Assembly: GCA_951406725.2 (NCBI GenBank)
Contig: OX597819.1
Span: 19,406,001 to 19,470,000 of the forward strand
Length of the DNA: 64,000 bases
From: Octopus vulgaris
Taxonomy: Eukaryota
Direction of reading: 5' to 3'
Made by a program: the position numbers and the translations under genes. This document shows, piece by piece, positions 13,221 through 26,480 of the stretch. The stretch's first letter is position 1. The number at the start of each line of letters is the position of its first letter. The notes below the pieces were generated by a model that was given only the letters and a program-made list of their open reading frames with translations, made no database searches and was not told the DNA's origin.

Positions 13221-13403
13221 TATATATATATACATATATACGATGGGCTTCTTTCAGTTTCCGTCTACCAAATCCACTCACAAGGCTTTGGTCGGCCCGA
13301 GGTTACAGTAGAAGACACTTGCCCAAGGTGCCACGCAGTGGGACTGAAACCGGAACCATGTGGCAGGTAAGCAAGCTACTTACCACACAGCCACTCCTGC
13401 GCC
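13221..13403 (-). mobile_element. SINE family A, 5' half (tRNA-like head plus CORE-like 'accttgggcaagt')
   Basis: A box TGGCTGTGTGG and B-box-like GTTTCAGTCCC. Continues the half at 8670-8972. Confidence 0.85.
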
Positions 13404-13465
13404 TATATATATATATATATACATATATATATTTGTACATACATATACTTGCTTGTAAGTATGTA

Positions 13466-13501
<36 letters not shown>

Positions 13502-14203
13502 TTGTGTGTGTGTGTGTGTGTGTACGTTGTGTGGTTTGTATGAATTCATGTGTGAGTTCACGGACGCTGTGTTTATTTGACTCCTCGTACGCATTCTTCA
13601 ATTCGCTTCAATGTTTATTTAACACATAAATATTTCCTCTCTTAGTCCTCCCCCTTCACACACCACACAACAACAACAACAACAACAACAACCCACATGA
13701 ATATACTGAGAATCTCCTTATCTCTCTGCCTATTCCCCTCACTCCCCCCTCTCTCTCTCTCTCTCTCTCTCTCCTATATCTTTCGCTACCTTATGATCTT
13801 TGCTACCTGGGATGTCTATTGATATGTTTGTGATGTTTGTTACAAAAGCATTAGCGATAAATGTTGCAGCTAAATTTGGAATATCAACGACCCTGCTTGT
13901 CGGCGTCTCTTTGATGGTGCAATGATCTTTGCTAATTGGTATTTGAAAGTATTTCAAGATGCAATTTACTAACGAATGTTTTTACTGTTCTTGCACTCAC
14001 CGATAGATGGCGCACCTTCCAAGTGTTTACTATCATCTCATACACTTTATATCTATCTTTATCTCTACCTACCTACTTTCATCCCTCACTCCCTCCCTCC
14101 CTCCCTACCTACCTCCCTACCTACCTACCTAGATACCTACCTACCTACCTAACTATCTGCATATCTGCATACATACCTCTTCATCAATCTATCAACTTTT
14201 CGC

Positions 14204-14254
<51 letters not shown>

Positions 14255-14267
14255 GTATATGTGTCTG

Positions 14268-14334
<67 letters not shown>

Positions 14335-14837
14335 ATCTATAAATCTACCTCTGCATGTATGTGTGTATATGTGTGTATGCGTGTGCGTGTGTGTGTGTGC
14401 GTGGGTATGCATTCGTGTAGGAAGTTGTGTGCGGATATAGTGCTTCGGATGTATGAATGTGTGCGTGTGTATATGCATCTATAGGTATATATATATATCA
14501 AAAATACATAGAAGGGCAAGAAACACGGAAAATTCACATAAAAGACGTGGACATGCACTTTCCTCATCAATTATCGCACAAAAATCATAGCAATTTCACG
14601 CCTTTACGATGTGATTGTTCATTTTGGTGGCGACAAAAGCAAAAAAGATTTTGAGAATAAATGAGCGAAGACAGAGCAAGGTGACAAAACAAACAAATGA
14701 TGAACGTCAACAGATTAAGACAAGACATAAAGTCAAACGACGTTAGTTGGTTACATGCAAAATATATACGTACAAATGATGGCCTTATGAGACCCTATTA
14801 AAACAGACATGTGTAGAAGTATATTTACGTAGATACA

Positions 14838-14919
<82 letters not shown>

Positions 14920-14976
14920 CATGTATGTATGCATGTATGTATGTAGACATAGCGAGAGAGAAAGAGGAAGAGAGAG

Positions 14977-15085
14977 ACGTGGCTCTATAGTTAGTAGCTT
15001 GCTTCACAGCCACATGGTTTCGGGCTCAGTCCCACTGCATGACTCTTTGGGTAAGTGATATATATATATATATATAGCCTAGGCT
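14977..15085 (+). mobile_element. SINE family A head fragment
   Basis: gtggctctatagttagtagcttgctt...gggctcagtcccactgcatgactctttgggtaagtg. Confidence 0.7.
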
Positions 15086-15446
15086 ATTGAAATGGGGAAA
15101 TTTCGTAATCATGATATATCCGATATATTTTGCACACACTGAAATGTTTTCCTTCTGTGTAGTTTATCTCCGAGATCTTCTTACTCAAAATGTTGGATAA
15201 ACTATAGCTAAGAATCGTATGTATGTAAAATTTGCACTTTCTTATTTAGAGATGTATAATTATAGACATTTATTTTAAGAGAAAATTTGATAAATTATTC
15301 ATTTAGTCGTATTAGTTATGTTAATTGACCAATATTATATATAAAGAAACTTAATAAGTTTATGAGAATAATACTTTATAATGAAGTCGGTAATGACTTT
15401 TCACAACGTCGTAAAATTGAGATGTTTAATGAATATGCATATATGA

Positions 15447-15520
<74 letters not shown>

Positions 15521-15891
15521 CTATATATACATACATATATATATATGCATTCCTATCTACATATTCACAAATGCTTATACATGAGTGGGTGAGAGTATGT
15601 ATGTAGTAATGTTTGTTTTTAAGTCGATGATAAAAACAAAATCACGTTAAGCTGTACATATGAGTGAAGCGTTTAGAAGTGGGATGTCAGTAAGTTCGAA
15701 ATTTAGGCACCCTTGACTTCAGTAATAAATTATTGATGAGGAGGTATAATGTACCACGTCGGAACAGGACACTGTGTATATATATATATATATACACATA
15801 AGTGTGTGTGTGTGTGTATATATATAAACACATATGTATATATATATAAATATACATATAAATACATATATATATACATATATATATATAC

Positions 15892-15924
<33 letters not shown>

Positions 15925-15956
15925 CATACATATACAAACATACATATATATATGTA

Positions 15957-16005
<49 letters not shown>

Positions 16006-16084
16006 AGATATGTATATATATGCTTATATATATATATACACATAATTTTGCATTATATCATATTTTTAATAATAGAATTGACGT

Positions 16085-16470
16085 GCAAGAGAATGTGACT
16101 GTGTACTAAGGTGCTTGCTTCCCAACCAAATAGAACCCAGTTCAGTCCCACCGCGTGATACCTTGTGCAGTTTTGTTGTACTCTAGTTTGTAAATGGCCA
16201 TATATTTGTGACTAGATCCGTTATACGAAAACTGATGCCCGTCGTGTTTACATATGTATGCACGTGTGTAAGTGTTTCTGTGTTTGTGTGTTTGTTTTAT
16301 GTGGGTGGGTGAGTGTATGCGTTCCGTCTTTGTGTCTGTTTGTCTCCGTACACAACCGTTTGGCAAAAGAGACGTTGAAATAAGTACGAAGCTTTAAAAA
16401 CCATATTGGCATCGAGTTTTTTCGAATTAAGTTCGTCAAGGCGGAGCCATTTGGCACGCATTTTGATTGC
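16085..16470 (+). mobile_element. Degenerate SINE family A copy
   Basis: Head 'gcttgcttcccaacca...gttcagtcccaccgcgtg' and tail 'ggcaaaagagac..aataagtac' are recognisable. Confidence 0.6.
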
Positions 16471-16609
16471 CTTACACTTGATTCTCTTATAAAACGCATT
16501 GCAGCTCATAAATGATTGCTACTCTAAGATATAAAATTTTACTTGCATGAGTACACGACTCCGTGTGCAATGCTTTTTACAGCAAAAAAACATCTGATAC
16601 GCTGAACGG

Positions 16610-16857
16610 AACAACTTGTAAGTGGCTGAGTACTCCACAGACACATGTAACTTAATGTAGTACTCTGGGAGATTCAGCGTGACACCGGGTGCGACAACGC
16701 TGGTCCTTTGAAATAAAAGTACTACTCATTTTTGCCAGCTGATTGGACTGAACCAACGTGAAAAAAGTGTCTTGCTCAAGGACAAAATACGTCACCAAGA
16801 TTTGTACTCACGGCCTCAAAATCGCGAGCCGAACGCCCTACTTAGCTACGCGCCTTA
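16610..16857 (-). mobile_element. tRNA-derived SINE, family D (V-domain-like 'gtccttgagcaagacactt')
   Basis: Minus strand begins aaggcgcgtagctaagtagg (tRNA-like head), followed by the gtccttgagcaagacac core. Confidence 0.65.
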
Positions 16858-16865
16858 ACCCACAC

Positions 16866-16903
<38 letters not shown>

Positions 16904-17221
16904 CTATATACATGTATATTGTCAATAAAACGCATGAAATTAACATTTTAATTATACTCTCAATTATAAGAGGTGTGTCGTTGAAACACCACAGTGAATA
17001 TATTTCTTACATTGAAAATGAAAAATAATATATAAAGTCCTCTTTATTAGTGTAATTATATTCATATTAATCTTTTCCCTGATAACTAAGTAATGCAATG
17101 TTAAACGTTGCACTTAAGAAAATTGTATTAGATGAACGAAAGTGTAATTATAGGTTATGTATGTATGTATGTATGTATGTATGTATGTATGTATGTATGT
17201 ATGTATGTGTACACGTATGTT

Positions 17222-17274
<53 letters not shown>

Positions 17275-17289
17275 ATATATATATATATA

Positions 17290-17725
17290 CATATATATGT
17301 ATATATCTGTACATATATGCATGTGCTGTGTATATAAATATGTATATATATGTGTATATGTGTATTTGTATATATGTGTGTGTATATTTATGTTTATATA
17401 TCTGCGTGTATATATATATAAATATATGTATACATGCAAACATACATACATGCATACATGCATGCATATATATGTATTTGTCTGTCTGTATGTCTGTCTC
17501 TCTCTCTTTCTCTCTCCCTCTATATATATATATACATATATATGTATATATCTGTACATATATGCATGTGCTGTGTATATAAATATGTATATATATGTGT
17601 ATATGTGTATTTGTATATATGTGTGTATATATTTATGTTTATATATCTGCGTGTATATATATAAATATATATATACATGCAAACATGCATACATGCATAC
17701 ATGCATGCATATATATGTGTGTGTC
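17290..17725. repeat. Local tandem duplication of a degenerate microsatellite block (offset about 244 bp)
   Basis: 'tctgtacatatatgcatgtgctgtgtatataaatatg...tctgcgtgta...tacatgcaaacat' occurs twice. Confidence 0.8.
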
Positions 17726-17824
17726 TGTCCATTTGTGTATATACAGTATGGTAGGAAATGGAAGTACAATCTAATATTTTAAGTGAGATACTAGAATGAT
17801 ATAAGACTTTTAACTTGAGAATTA

Positions 17825-17981
17825 GGAGCAGCGAATGGTGGTAAGAAGCTTGCTTCTCAACCAGATGGTTCCGTGTTAAGTCCCACTGCATGGCACCTTA
17901 AGCAAGTGTCTACAACTATAGCCTCTGGCCGACTAGAGCCTTAGGAGTACATTTGGTAGACGGAAACTGAAAGAAGCCTGT

Positions 17982-18051
<70 letters not shown>

Positions 18052-18630
18052 TATATGTGTGTGTGTGGGTGGGTGTGGAGGCGCAATGGCCCAGTGGTTA
18101 GTGCAGCGGACTCGCAGTCGTAGGATCGTGGTTTCGATTCTCAGACCGGGCGTCGCGTGTGTTTATTGAGCGAAACCACCTAAAAGCACCACGAGGATCC
18201 GGCAGGGGTAGGTGATCCCTGCTGTACTCTTTCACCACTCTTTATCTCACTCTTTCTTCTGTTGGCCTGCTCGCTTAGCCAGCGGGGTGGCGTCATTCGA
18301 AGTCTAAAACAATGCAAACGCATTATGACCAGCGATGTGTAGCAACATCTGATGGTCTGGTCGGGCATGTGATCACGTGATATATATATATATTAATACA
18401 TATGCATGTATATATATGAATATGTGCGTTTGTTTTAGTGTCCGTGGTTGTCCCACTACCTCCATCTCTCTACAACCGATGTTGATACGTTTACGTCCGC
18501 ATAATTTAGCAGTCTTCCAATTCAGACCGATAAAATTGTTGTGGGGTCGATTTGTACAGCTGAAGCTGGTCCTCTAGCATGGCCACAATCAAATGATTCA
18601 AACAAATAACAGAATGATAGAATAAAAGAA
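17825..18630 (+). mobile_element. SINE family A copy with a second SINE nested in its internal microsatellite
   Basis: Head at 17825-17982; degenerate tail at about 18430-18630. Confidence 0.7.
18077..18381 (+). mobile_element. tRNA(Arg)-like SINE, family C (OR1-like)
   Basis: ggaggcgcaaTGGCCCAGTGGttag...gactcgca...GGTTTCGATTC: A box, TCG anticodon-like loop and B box, followed by a non-tRNA body. Confidence 0.8.
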
Positions 18631-18652
18631 AACGAATATAATTTAAGTATAT

Positions 18653-19282
<630 letters not shown>

Positions 19283-20713
19283 GATCTGTACTGTATGGTA
19301 GCATTTGGAAACAATACTTAAAAATGTATTAGATGGTAGGTTAATAAATTCTTTAAAGCCGGTTTCGTAGATTATATAATAACTTAGAAATAATTTATGC
19401 GGACATGAATGCATACGGGCATGCATGGACGCCCACACACATATACATACAAGCATTCATACATACATACATACATACATACATACACACATACAGATAC
19501 ATATAAATATACGTGTGAGCGTTTGTGTGTTAGTGTGTTGTCGTTGTGCATGCTCACATGAAATCACGCACACACACACATATGTATATAGAATTTTATA
19601 TGAATGTTTGTTTATACATCGATTTGTAATAAAAATGAGTTTACACTAAACTTAGTACTCAATACTTTTTTTGTCGACTACATATTTATGTCTTTTACCA
19701 GAAAGGTTTGGACACTGACTGCAATATTTGAGACTGCTTACGATTCGTAGTTCTATTGTACTTTAGAGCTTATCATGTGTTTCTGTAATTTCTTGTAGGT
19801 TTATATCTGTGCTGAAAGGTAATTATATTGTAAGTATAGCTTCTGATGGCAAGATATTATAGACAAATTTTATTGATTAAATTTAGAGTTGTATTATTGT
19901 TTAGAATTCAGTCGATCGTAGAAAACTTAATGATAAAGAATTCTATTTAGATCTCTTAATTTCAGGTCTTGGATTTGTTTTTTAGAGTTAAAGGAAGGCA
20001 AAGGAAATAAGGTTATTTGGTCAGCCGATGGTTAACTAGGTTTAATAGTTGATGATGTCATTTCAACAAACAAAAATGAAAATCACACACATAATTCTTG
20101 ATGCTTACGTGAGTATTTGTACACATGAGTTTGAATTTGTATAATGTTTCAGCGACACTAATTTTACCAAAAAAACTAGCAGAAAACCACTTATGTCGAT
20201 TTCTACACGTACGCAATTAACAAAGTTTTGATCAACATATGTAAATATGGGCATATTGCGTGACTATGAGCCAAAATGCCGTGATAATATGTATGGATAC
20301 TGCCCGCCCCCCCGCGGACGCACACACACATATGCATACATACATACAATGTTAATTAATCAAAGGACTCAGGTACTTAAATTATAAGCTTTAGGTTGGG
20401 TTTCATTATCTTGTAAATAGCAGCCTTAGTCAAATAAACATCAAGGGTACTGATGTACATTCAGTGAAAAGTTCGGGTTATGTATACAGAGAATTCAGCC
20501 CTTATCAGTATTTTAATAGCCTAAGGGCTAATCCAAAGCGTGTGCAGTTGTATTAGTCGTAGATTATTTGATACAACACAGAATATCCAACGGGTCGGGA
20601 GTCCAGTGATGTGTATTAAGAACAAAAAAAACAAATAACAAACGATGGATTCGCATCCCTTCATGACAGCTGTTTCCAACGGATTTCTTTAAAAGATTAA
20701 TGAGTATACTTGG

Positions 20714-20774
<61 letters not shown>

Positions 20775-20788
20775 TATACATACATATA

Positions 20789-20948
20789 TGCGACAGGCTT
20801 CTTTCAGTTTCAGTCTTCCAAATCCACTCGTAAGGCTTTGGTCGGCTCGAGGCTATAGTAGACAGTTGCCCAAGGTGCCACGCAGTGGGACTGAATCCAG
20901 AACATTGTGGTTCGTAAGGAAGCTACTTACCACACAGCCACTCCTACG
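20789..20948 (-). mobile_element. SINE family A, 5' half
   Basis: Matches the head half of 42843-43261. Confidence 0.8.
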
Positions 20949-21007
20949 CTGTTGATATAATACAACTGCACGCGCTTTGGCATAGCACTTGGGCTATTAA
21001 AATACTG

Positions 21008-21062
<55 letters not shown>

Positions 21063-21158
21063 CCGGAGTAAACATAGAAATGTAAAACAAGGTGGAAAAA
21101 ATAGTACTCAAAAACTCAGAGTAACAGGTTTTGTTGAATTTTCTGCTGCTTTAAATAA

Positions 21159-21223
<65 letters not shown>

Positions 21224-21229
21224 TTATGT

Positions 21230-21425
21230 ATCAGTGTTTGCCACCACCCCCAATCGCCTGACATCCGATGCTGGTGTATTTACGTCCTTGTAACTTAGCG
21301 ATTCGTCAAAAGACACCGATAGAATAAGTATTAGCCTTACAAAGTATAAGTCTTGGGGTCGATTTGCTCGACAAAGGCGGTCCTCCAGCATGGCCACAGT
21401 CACAAGATTGCAACAAATAAAAGGG
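21230..21425 (+). mobile_element. SINE family A, 3' half
   Basis: ccgatgctggtgtatttacgtcc...ccgatagaataagta...ggggtcgatttgctcgac...ccagcatggcc. Confidence 0.8.
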
Positions 21426-21472
21426 TAAAAACAGCCTAACTGTAAATACACGAATGCACACATTGTAAATGT

Positions 21473-21507
<35 letters not shown>

Positions 21508-22249
21508 CCCATGTATGTATGTATGTATATATGTGTATATATGTATACAATGATAAAGGCTAAAAATCACTGTATATATGTATGTATATGTATATATATG
21601 TGTATATATATTACATTATTCTGATATTCTCCCATTATTCTCCTTACGCAAGATTAAAATATTTGGCGCCATATTCTTCCTTCATTTTACTTATATTCTT
21701 TTCGCCATGTTTTCGTTTACTCATAATATCCTAAAACGTATAGTCCTAGCGCAACGAAACTGTTCAATTCTATTAAATCAAACACATTTTTTTCTCTTTT
21801 CATATACGTAACACAAAGTAATTTTTTCTATTCCCATTCAATAAGCTTTCATCGATAAAAGCTTTCTTAACACATTAAATTAACTGTTTAATATCCACAC
21901 ACATTCTTCTTCTAAGGCGCTTTTGACAGCTCATTATATCACCCCCTTTATGCCGCTCACACATAAGGACATCATTTTCAATTTTTACCTTCAATATTCT
22001 TAATCTATTAGCGGCTAATATTCTTATTAGCCTAAAGGCTAATTATTTGTTTTTGCTTTTGGGTTTTGTTTTATATATTCATAATATAAATTTTTCTAAT
22101 TTTAATTTACCTTCACCTTGTAAAACATTCAAACAACACACTTCTTACCTTTTACAAACTGTCATTCACCAATTTATGCTCTGCTATTTCTTACTTTAAG
22201 AAGCTGGAAGGCGTATTCATGTATTTTTTGTGTGTAAATATATATAACA

Positions 22250-22438
22250 TTCGCCATGATAGGTCGCTAGCCACGAAACTTTTTTTTTTCATTTTTTTTT
22301 CTGATTATTTATGTGTTCTTTCCTGTTGAAGAGCGTAGGCTCGAAACGTTAAAGACTTTATCACTCACCGAGCGTTAAATTAATACATCTCTCTGTTTTC
22401 TACCACCCGTCTCTTTCTTTTGTTTCTTTTAGTAAATT

Positions 22439-22445
<7 letters not shown>
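22250..22445 (+). mobile_element. Short dispersed repeat with a hammerhead-like motif, ending in (TA)n (Penelope-like terminal remnant)
   Basis: Homologous in reverse complement to 48237-48395. Contains ctgttgaa-GAGC-gtag-GCTC-GAAA-CGT. Confidence 0.6.
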
Positions 22446-22491
<46 letters not shown>

Positions 22492-22553
22492 TAGATATAG
22501 GTTTCTATGTGCAATTATATGCATACATACATATATATCCATCTCTCTCTCTC

Positions 22554-22595
<42 letters not shown>

Positions 22596-22906
22596 TGTAT
22601 ATGTACAAATATAAATATATTTCTGTGCACTCACATAGAAACGCAAAACGCACACACACACAAACGTACACACGGACACATACATATACGTATCGATGTA
22701 TATTTTTCTATCTGTCTGTAGTTGTCACCCAGATCCGCTTAACAATCCAGGGATGTGCGTTCAGATTTTCGTAACATAGCTGTTCGACAAAAATACCCGA
22801 TCGAAAAGTACAAGATTTTTAAATATATATGGAATGACGTCAATTCTTTCCGCTATCGAGTTTTCAAGATGGTGTTCCAGCATGGCCGCAACCTATACTA
22901 GCTAAA

Positions 22907-22957
<51 letters not shown>

Positions 22958-22993
22958 TATATTGCACACACACACACGCACACACACACACAC

Positions 22994-23065
<72 letters not shown>

Positions 23066-23291
23066 GTCATTCAACATATTTACTGGTATGTTTCTATAAG
23101 GTTTGGGGAAAATCACGCAAATATTGAAATATTGCGGATATGAATTTATTAAACTAATAACAAGTTGCGTGTGTGTGTGTGTGTGTGTTTGTGTCCCTGT
23201 ATATGTACGCGTATATATGTTTATAATCGTGCGAAGATGTTTGTGTGTATGTATGTGTACCGTCTCAATTGCTTTACGGGCGCCTCAGTGT

Positions 23292-23332
<41 letters not shown>

Positions 23333-23559
23333 TTGCTTGTATGGATGTTTACGTCTGTTATATCCAGCTTCCTACGTAACTGCATCGTTATTTACCGATT
23401 CCAGCAGTGCCACTGACGTCAGTTGACCTTTCCAGGCGGCAATATATTTATGATAATACTCAAAATAACCCATTAATTATATAGACTTGACCTTTGGATT
23501 CATTTATTAATCGAAGGAGAGGGGAGAAATATATATACATGTAAATATTAGAAAAAAAT

Positions 23560-23565
23560 ATGATG

Positions 23566-23619
<54 letters not shown>

Positions 23620-23676
23620 GTAGTAATAATAATAATGATAGTAATAGTAATAATAATAGTAATAATAATGATAGTA

Positions 23677-23741
<65 letters not shown>
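23560..23741. repeat. (TAA)n microsatellite with TAG/TGA variants
   Basis: Directly visible. Confidence 0.95.
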
Positions 23742-23742
<1 letters not shown>

Positions 23743-24489
23743 TTTGTCAATAAGCGTGCGACGTGCAGAGTCATATTACTGGGAGAAGATCGAAACATTG
23801 TAATTCGCGTTGAAATCTTATGGATGTCAATAGTGAAAGTGAAAATACAAAGTGTCTACACGTGAAGCATATGATATGCATTCAGGGCAAAGTCATGTAA
23901 TCTCATAGATTTTTCTCACTTAAAACAGTCTCATTCTCTCTGTTCCTCTCTCTTACTCAGCTGTAATTTTCCGATCTACGAGTGAAATTGGAGATCGACC
24001 CCATTCTCTCGATATATACCTACCAAGCTTACTCTCTTTCTAACCAAATATCCACTTTTTATTCTCTCTTAATTTTTTTTTTAAAAGAGTCCATTAAAAC
24101 GTTCCAAAAAAGATGGAGAATATCGATCTTCATTGCTTTCGATGACCGCATTGAAAAAGATGAAAGTTTATAGTGTTTCCAGTCCAAACTAGCAAGGAAA
24201 TTTTAACGATGAATTCAGACGATGGCTGCTGCATTCTCTCACCTGTTAACATGTGCTTAAGAAAACCATTACTGAATTAACAGTGGTTAGATATTAATCA
24301 AATGCAAATAGGATTAGCACCTTAGGGTAATTTCTTCGGTTTCCTGTGGATTCTTGGAAATTTCTGATTGCCGTCCTTTCCATGTGTGGAGCATTTGTTT
24401 CCAAACAATGCCCACGACAACAAACAAAAATGGTTCTTTCAGAACTGTTGATGACAATGGAAAACCTATCTAGCTATCTATCTCATTCG

Positions 24490-24572
<83 letters not shown>

Positions 24573-24601
24573 GGTCTATCGGTCTATCTATCAATCTATC
24601 A

Positions 24602-24655
<54 letters not shown>

Positions 24656-24680
24656 ATATCTATCTATCTATCTATCTATC

Positions 24681-25425
24681 TATTGTCACGCCTCCTTCCT
24701 TCAAACAGGAAGGAAGAGCTATTTTCATAATCCTTGTGGCTATGGCGAAAGAATGTATCTGGTGGACGCGTCTGAAAGGATTGGAGACAAACACTTTCCT
24801 CTCTGGTCAATCTCTCATCAACTTCTTCAAGTACCACTTGAAAAGGAAAGTGAGAGTAGAGAGGCAAGTTTTGTCTAGCGAATGTTTTAAAAAAAGATGG
24901 GTGAATGTAGCAAGGATGGCACGTATGAATGACGAAGCCACCTTGAGCATAATCCTATGAACCCAGAAATTGAAAACAGAGGGTTACCCACTTGCAAACA
25001 AATGTGGTAACATATAACAATATTGACCAAGGTTACCGTGGTCTTTTTCGTAGGCTTTTCTTCCCACGGATAAACCTTACTTGCTTTCCCCTTTACACCA
25101 TATATCATAACACAGTGATACACGATCCCTATTGATCGTTCTTTTTTTCCTCTTCCCCTTTTTTCCCCCTTTTTCTTCTTTTTTCATTTCTCTTTCCTTT
25201 TGTTCCTTTTCCTTTTCTTTTTTTTTTCTCTTTTTATTCTTTTTATTTTATTCAATTTTTTTATGTTTTTGTTCTTTTCCTCCCTTTTACGATCCCTCTT
25301 GATCGAAAACCTACGCCACCCCTTTCTTTTTCTTTTGTTTTTTGTTCTCTTCATCCCCCAAAAGAAAAGCTCTACCTTGTAACTTGTCCCATCTGTGTGC
25401 AGCCCTGTGTGGCCAATAAAGAAAC

Positions 25426-25426
<1 letters not shown>
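24681..25426 (+). mobile_element. 5'-truncated Tx1/L1-type LINE 3' end inserted in (TATC)n
   Basis: C-terminal peptide LVAMAKECIWWTR...ER....F.KRW, a T-rich 3' UTR, and AATAAA just before (TATC)n resumes. Confidence 0.7.
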
Positions 25427-25473
<47 letters not shown>

Positions 25474-25475
<2 letters not shown>

Positions 25476-25734
25476 CCTTTTTTTCTTCTTTTTTCATTTC
25501 TCTTTTCTTTTGTTCCTTTTCCCTTTCTTCCCCTTTTTTATTTTTTTATTTATTTTATTTTTTTTTATTTATTTTTTATTCTTTTTCCCTTTTACGATCC
25601 CTTTAGATCGAAAACCTACGCCACCTTTTTATTTTTGTTTCTTTTGTTTTTTGTTTTTTTCATCCCCCAAAAGAAAAGCTCTACCTTGTAACTTCTCCCA
25701 TCTGTGTGCAGCCCTGTGTGGCCAATAAACAAAC

Positions 25735-25735
<1 letters not shown>
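25474..25735 (+). mobile_element. Second, shorter 3'-UTR copy of the same LINE, also flanked by (TATC)n
   Basis: Near-identical '...gatcgaaaacctacgccacc...aagctctaccttgtaact...gccctgtgtggccaataaa' end. Confidence 0.75.
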
Positions 25736-25797
<62 letters not shown>

Positions 25798-26259
25798 GCT
25801 ATCTGTCTATCTGTCTCTCTGTCACTCTGTCTGTCTATCTATATACGTCTCTGTTTATCTGTCAGTCAGTCTGTCAGTTTGTATGCCATCTGTCCCTCTG
25901 TCAGGTTGTCTATGAATATATGTATATATATACTATTTTGTTCTTTTGCACTTTTCAATCATCTGACTGCGCTCATGCTAGAGCCCCGCCAAAAGTTGTT
26001 TTAGTTCAAGAAATCGCGCCCAGGTCTTATTCTTTCAAAGCCTAGTACATATTCTGTCCGTAAAGTTACAGGGTCATAAACACACCAAAAGCTATGGAGT
26101 GGTGGTTGGTGGGGCCAGCCATAGACAGAAAGACACACACATATAAGTGTATATTATATATATAAATATTGCGTGTGCGTGTGTGTATGTGAGTGTGTAT
26201 GTACGTATGTGTGTATGTATGTATACCCCAGGACGTTCGGAGTACGATTAAAATAATGT

Positions 26260-26291
<32 letters not shown>

Positions 26292-26313
26292 TTACTACTA
26301 CTGCGACTACTAT

Positions 26314-26384
<71 letters not shown>

Positions 26385-26390
26385 TTGCTG

Positions 26391-26450
<60 letters not shown>

Positions 26451-26480
26451 ATAATAATAATAATAATAATATTAATAATA
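26260..26480. repeat. Compound (CTA)n/(CTG)n/(TAA)n microsatellite
   Basis: Directly visible. Confidence 0.95.

Noticed and set aside
18077-18150. tRNA-Arg gene
   Set aside because: A and B boxes are present, but there is no proper acceptor stem and the sequence continues into a SINE body.
19650-20050. Possible Penelope GIY-YIG C-terminal remnant on the minus strand
   Set aside because: Only vague similarity (KSKT...FFII, LINK...SCH) with several stops; not supportable without an alignment.
23412-23423. Palindromic CRE site TGACGTCA (also at 48426-48433)
   Set aside because: One or two hits of an 8-mer are expected by chance in 64 kb, and there is no promoter context.
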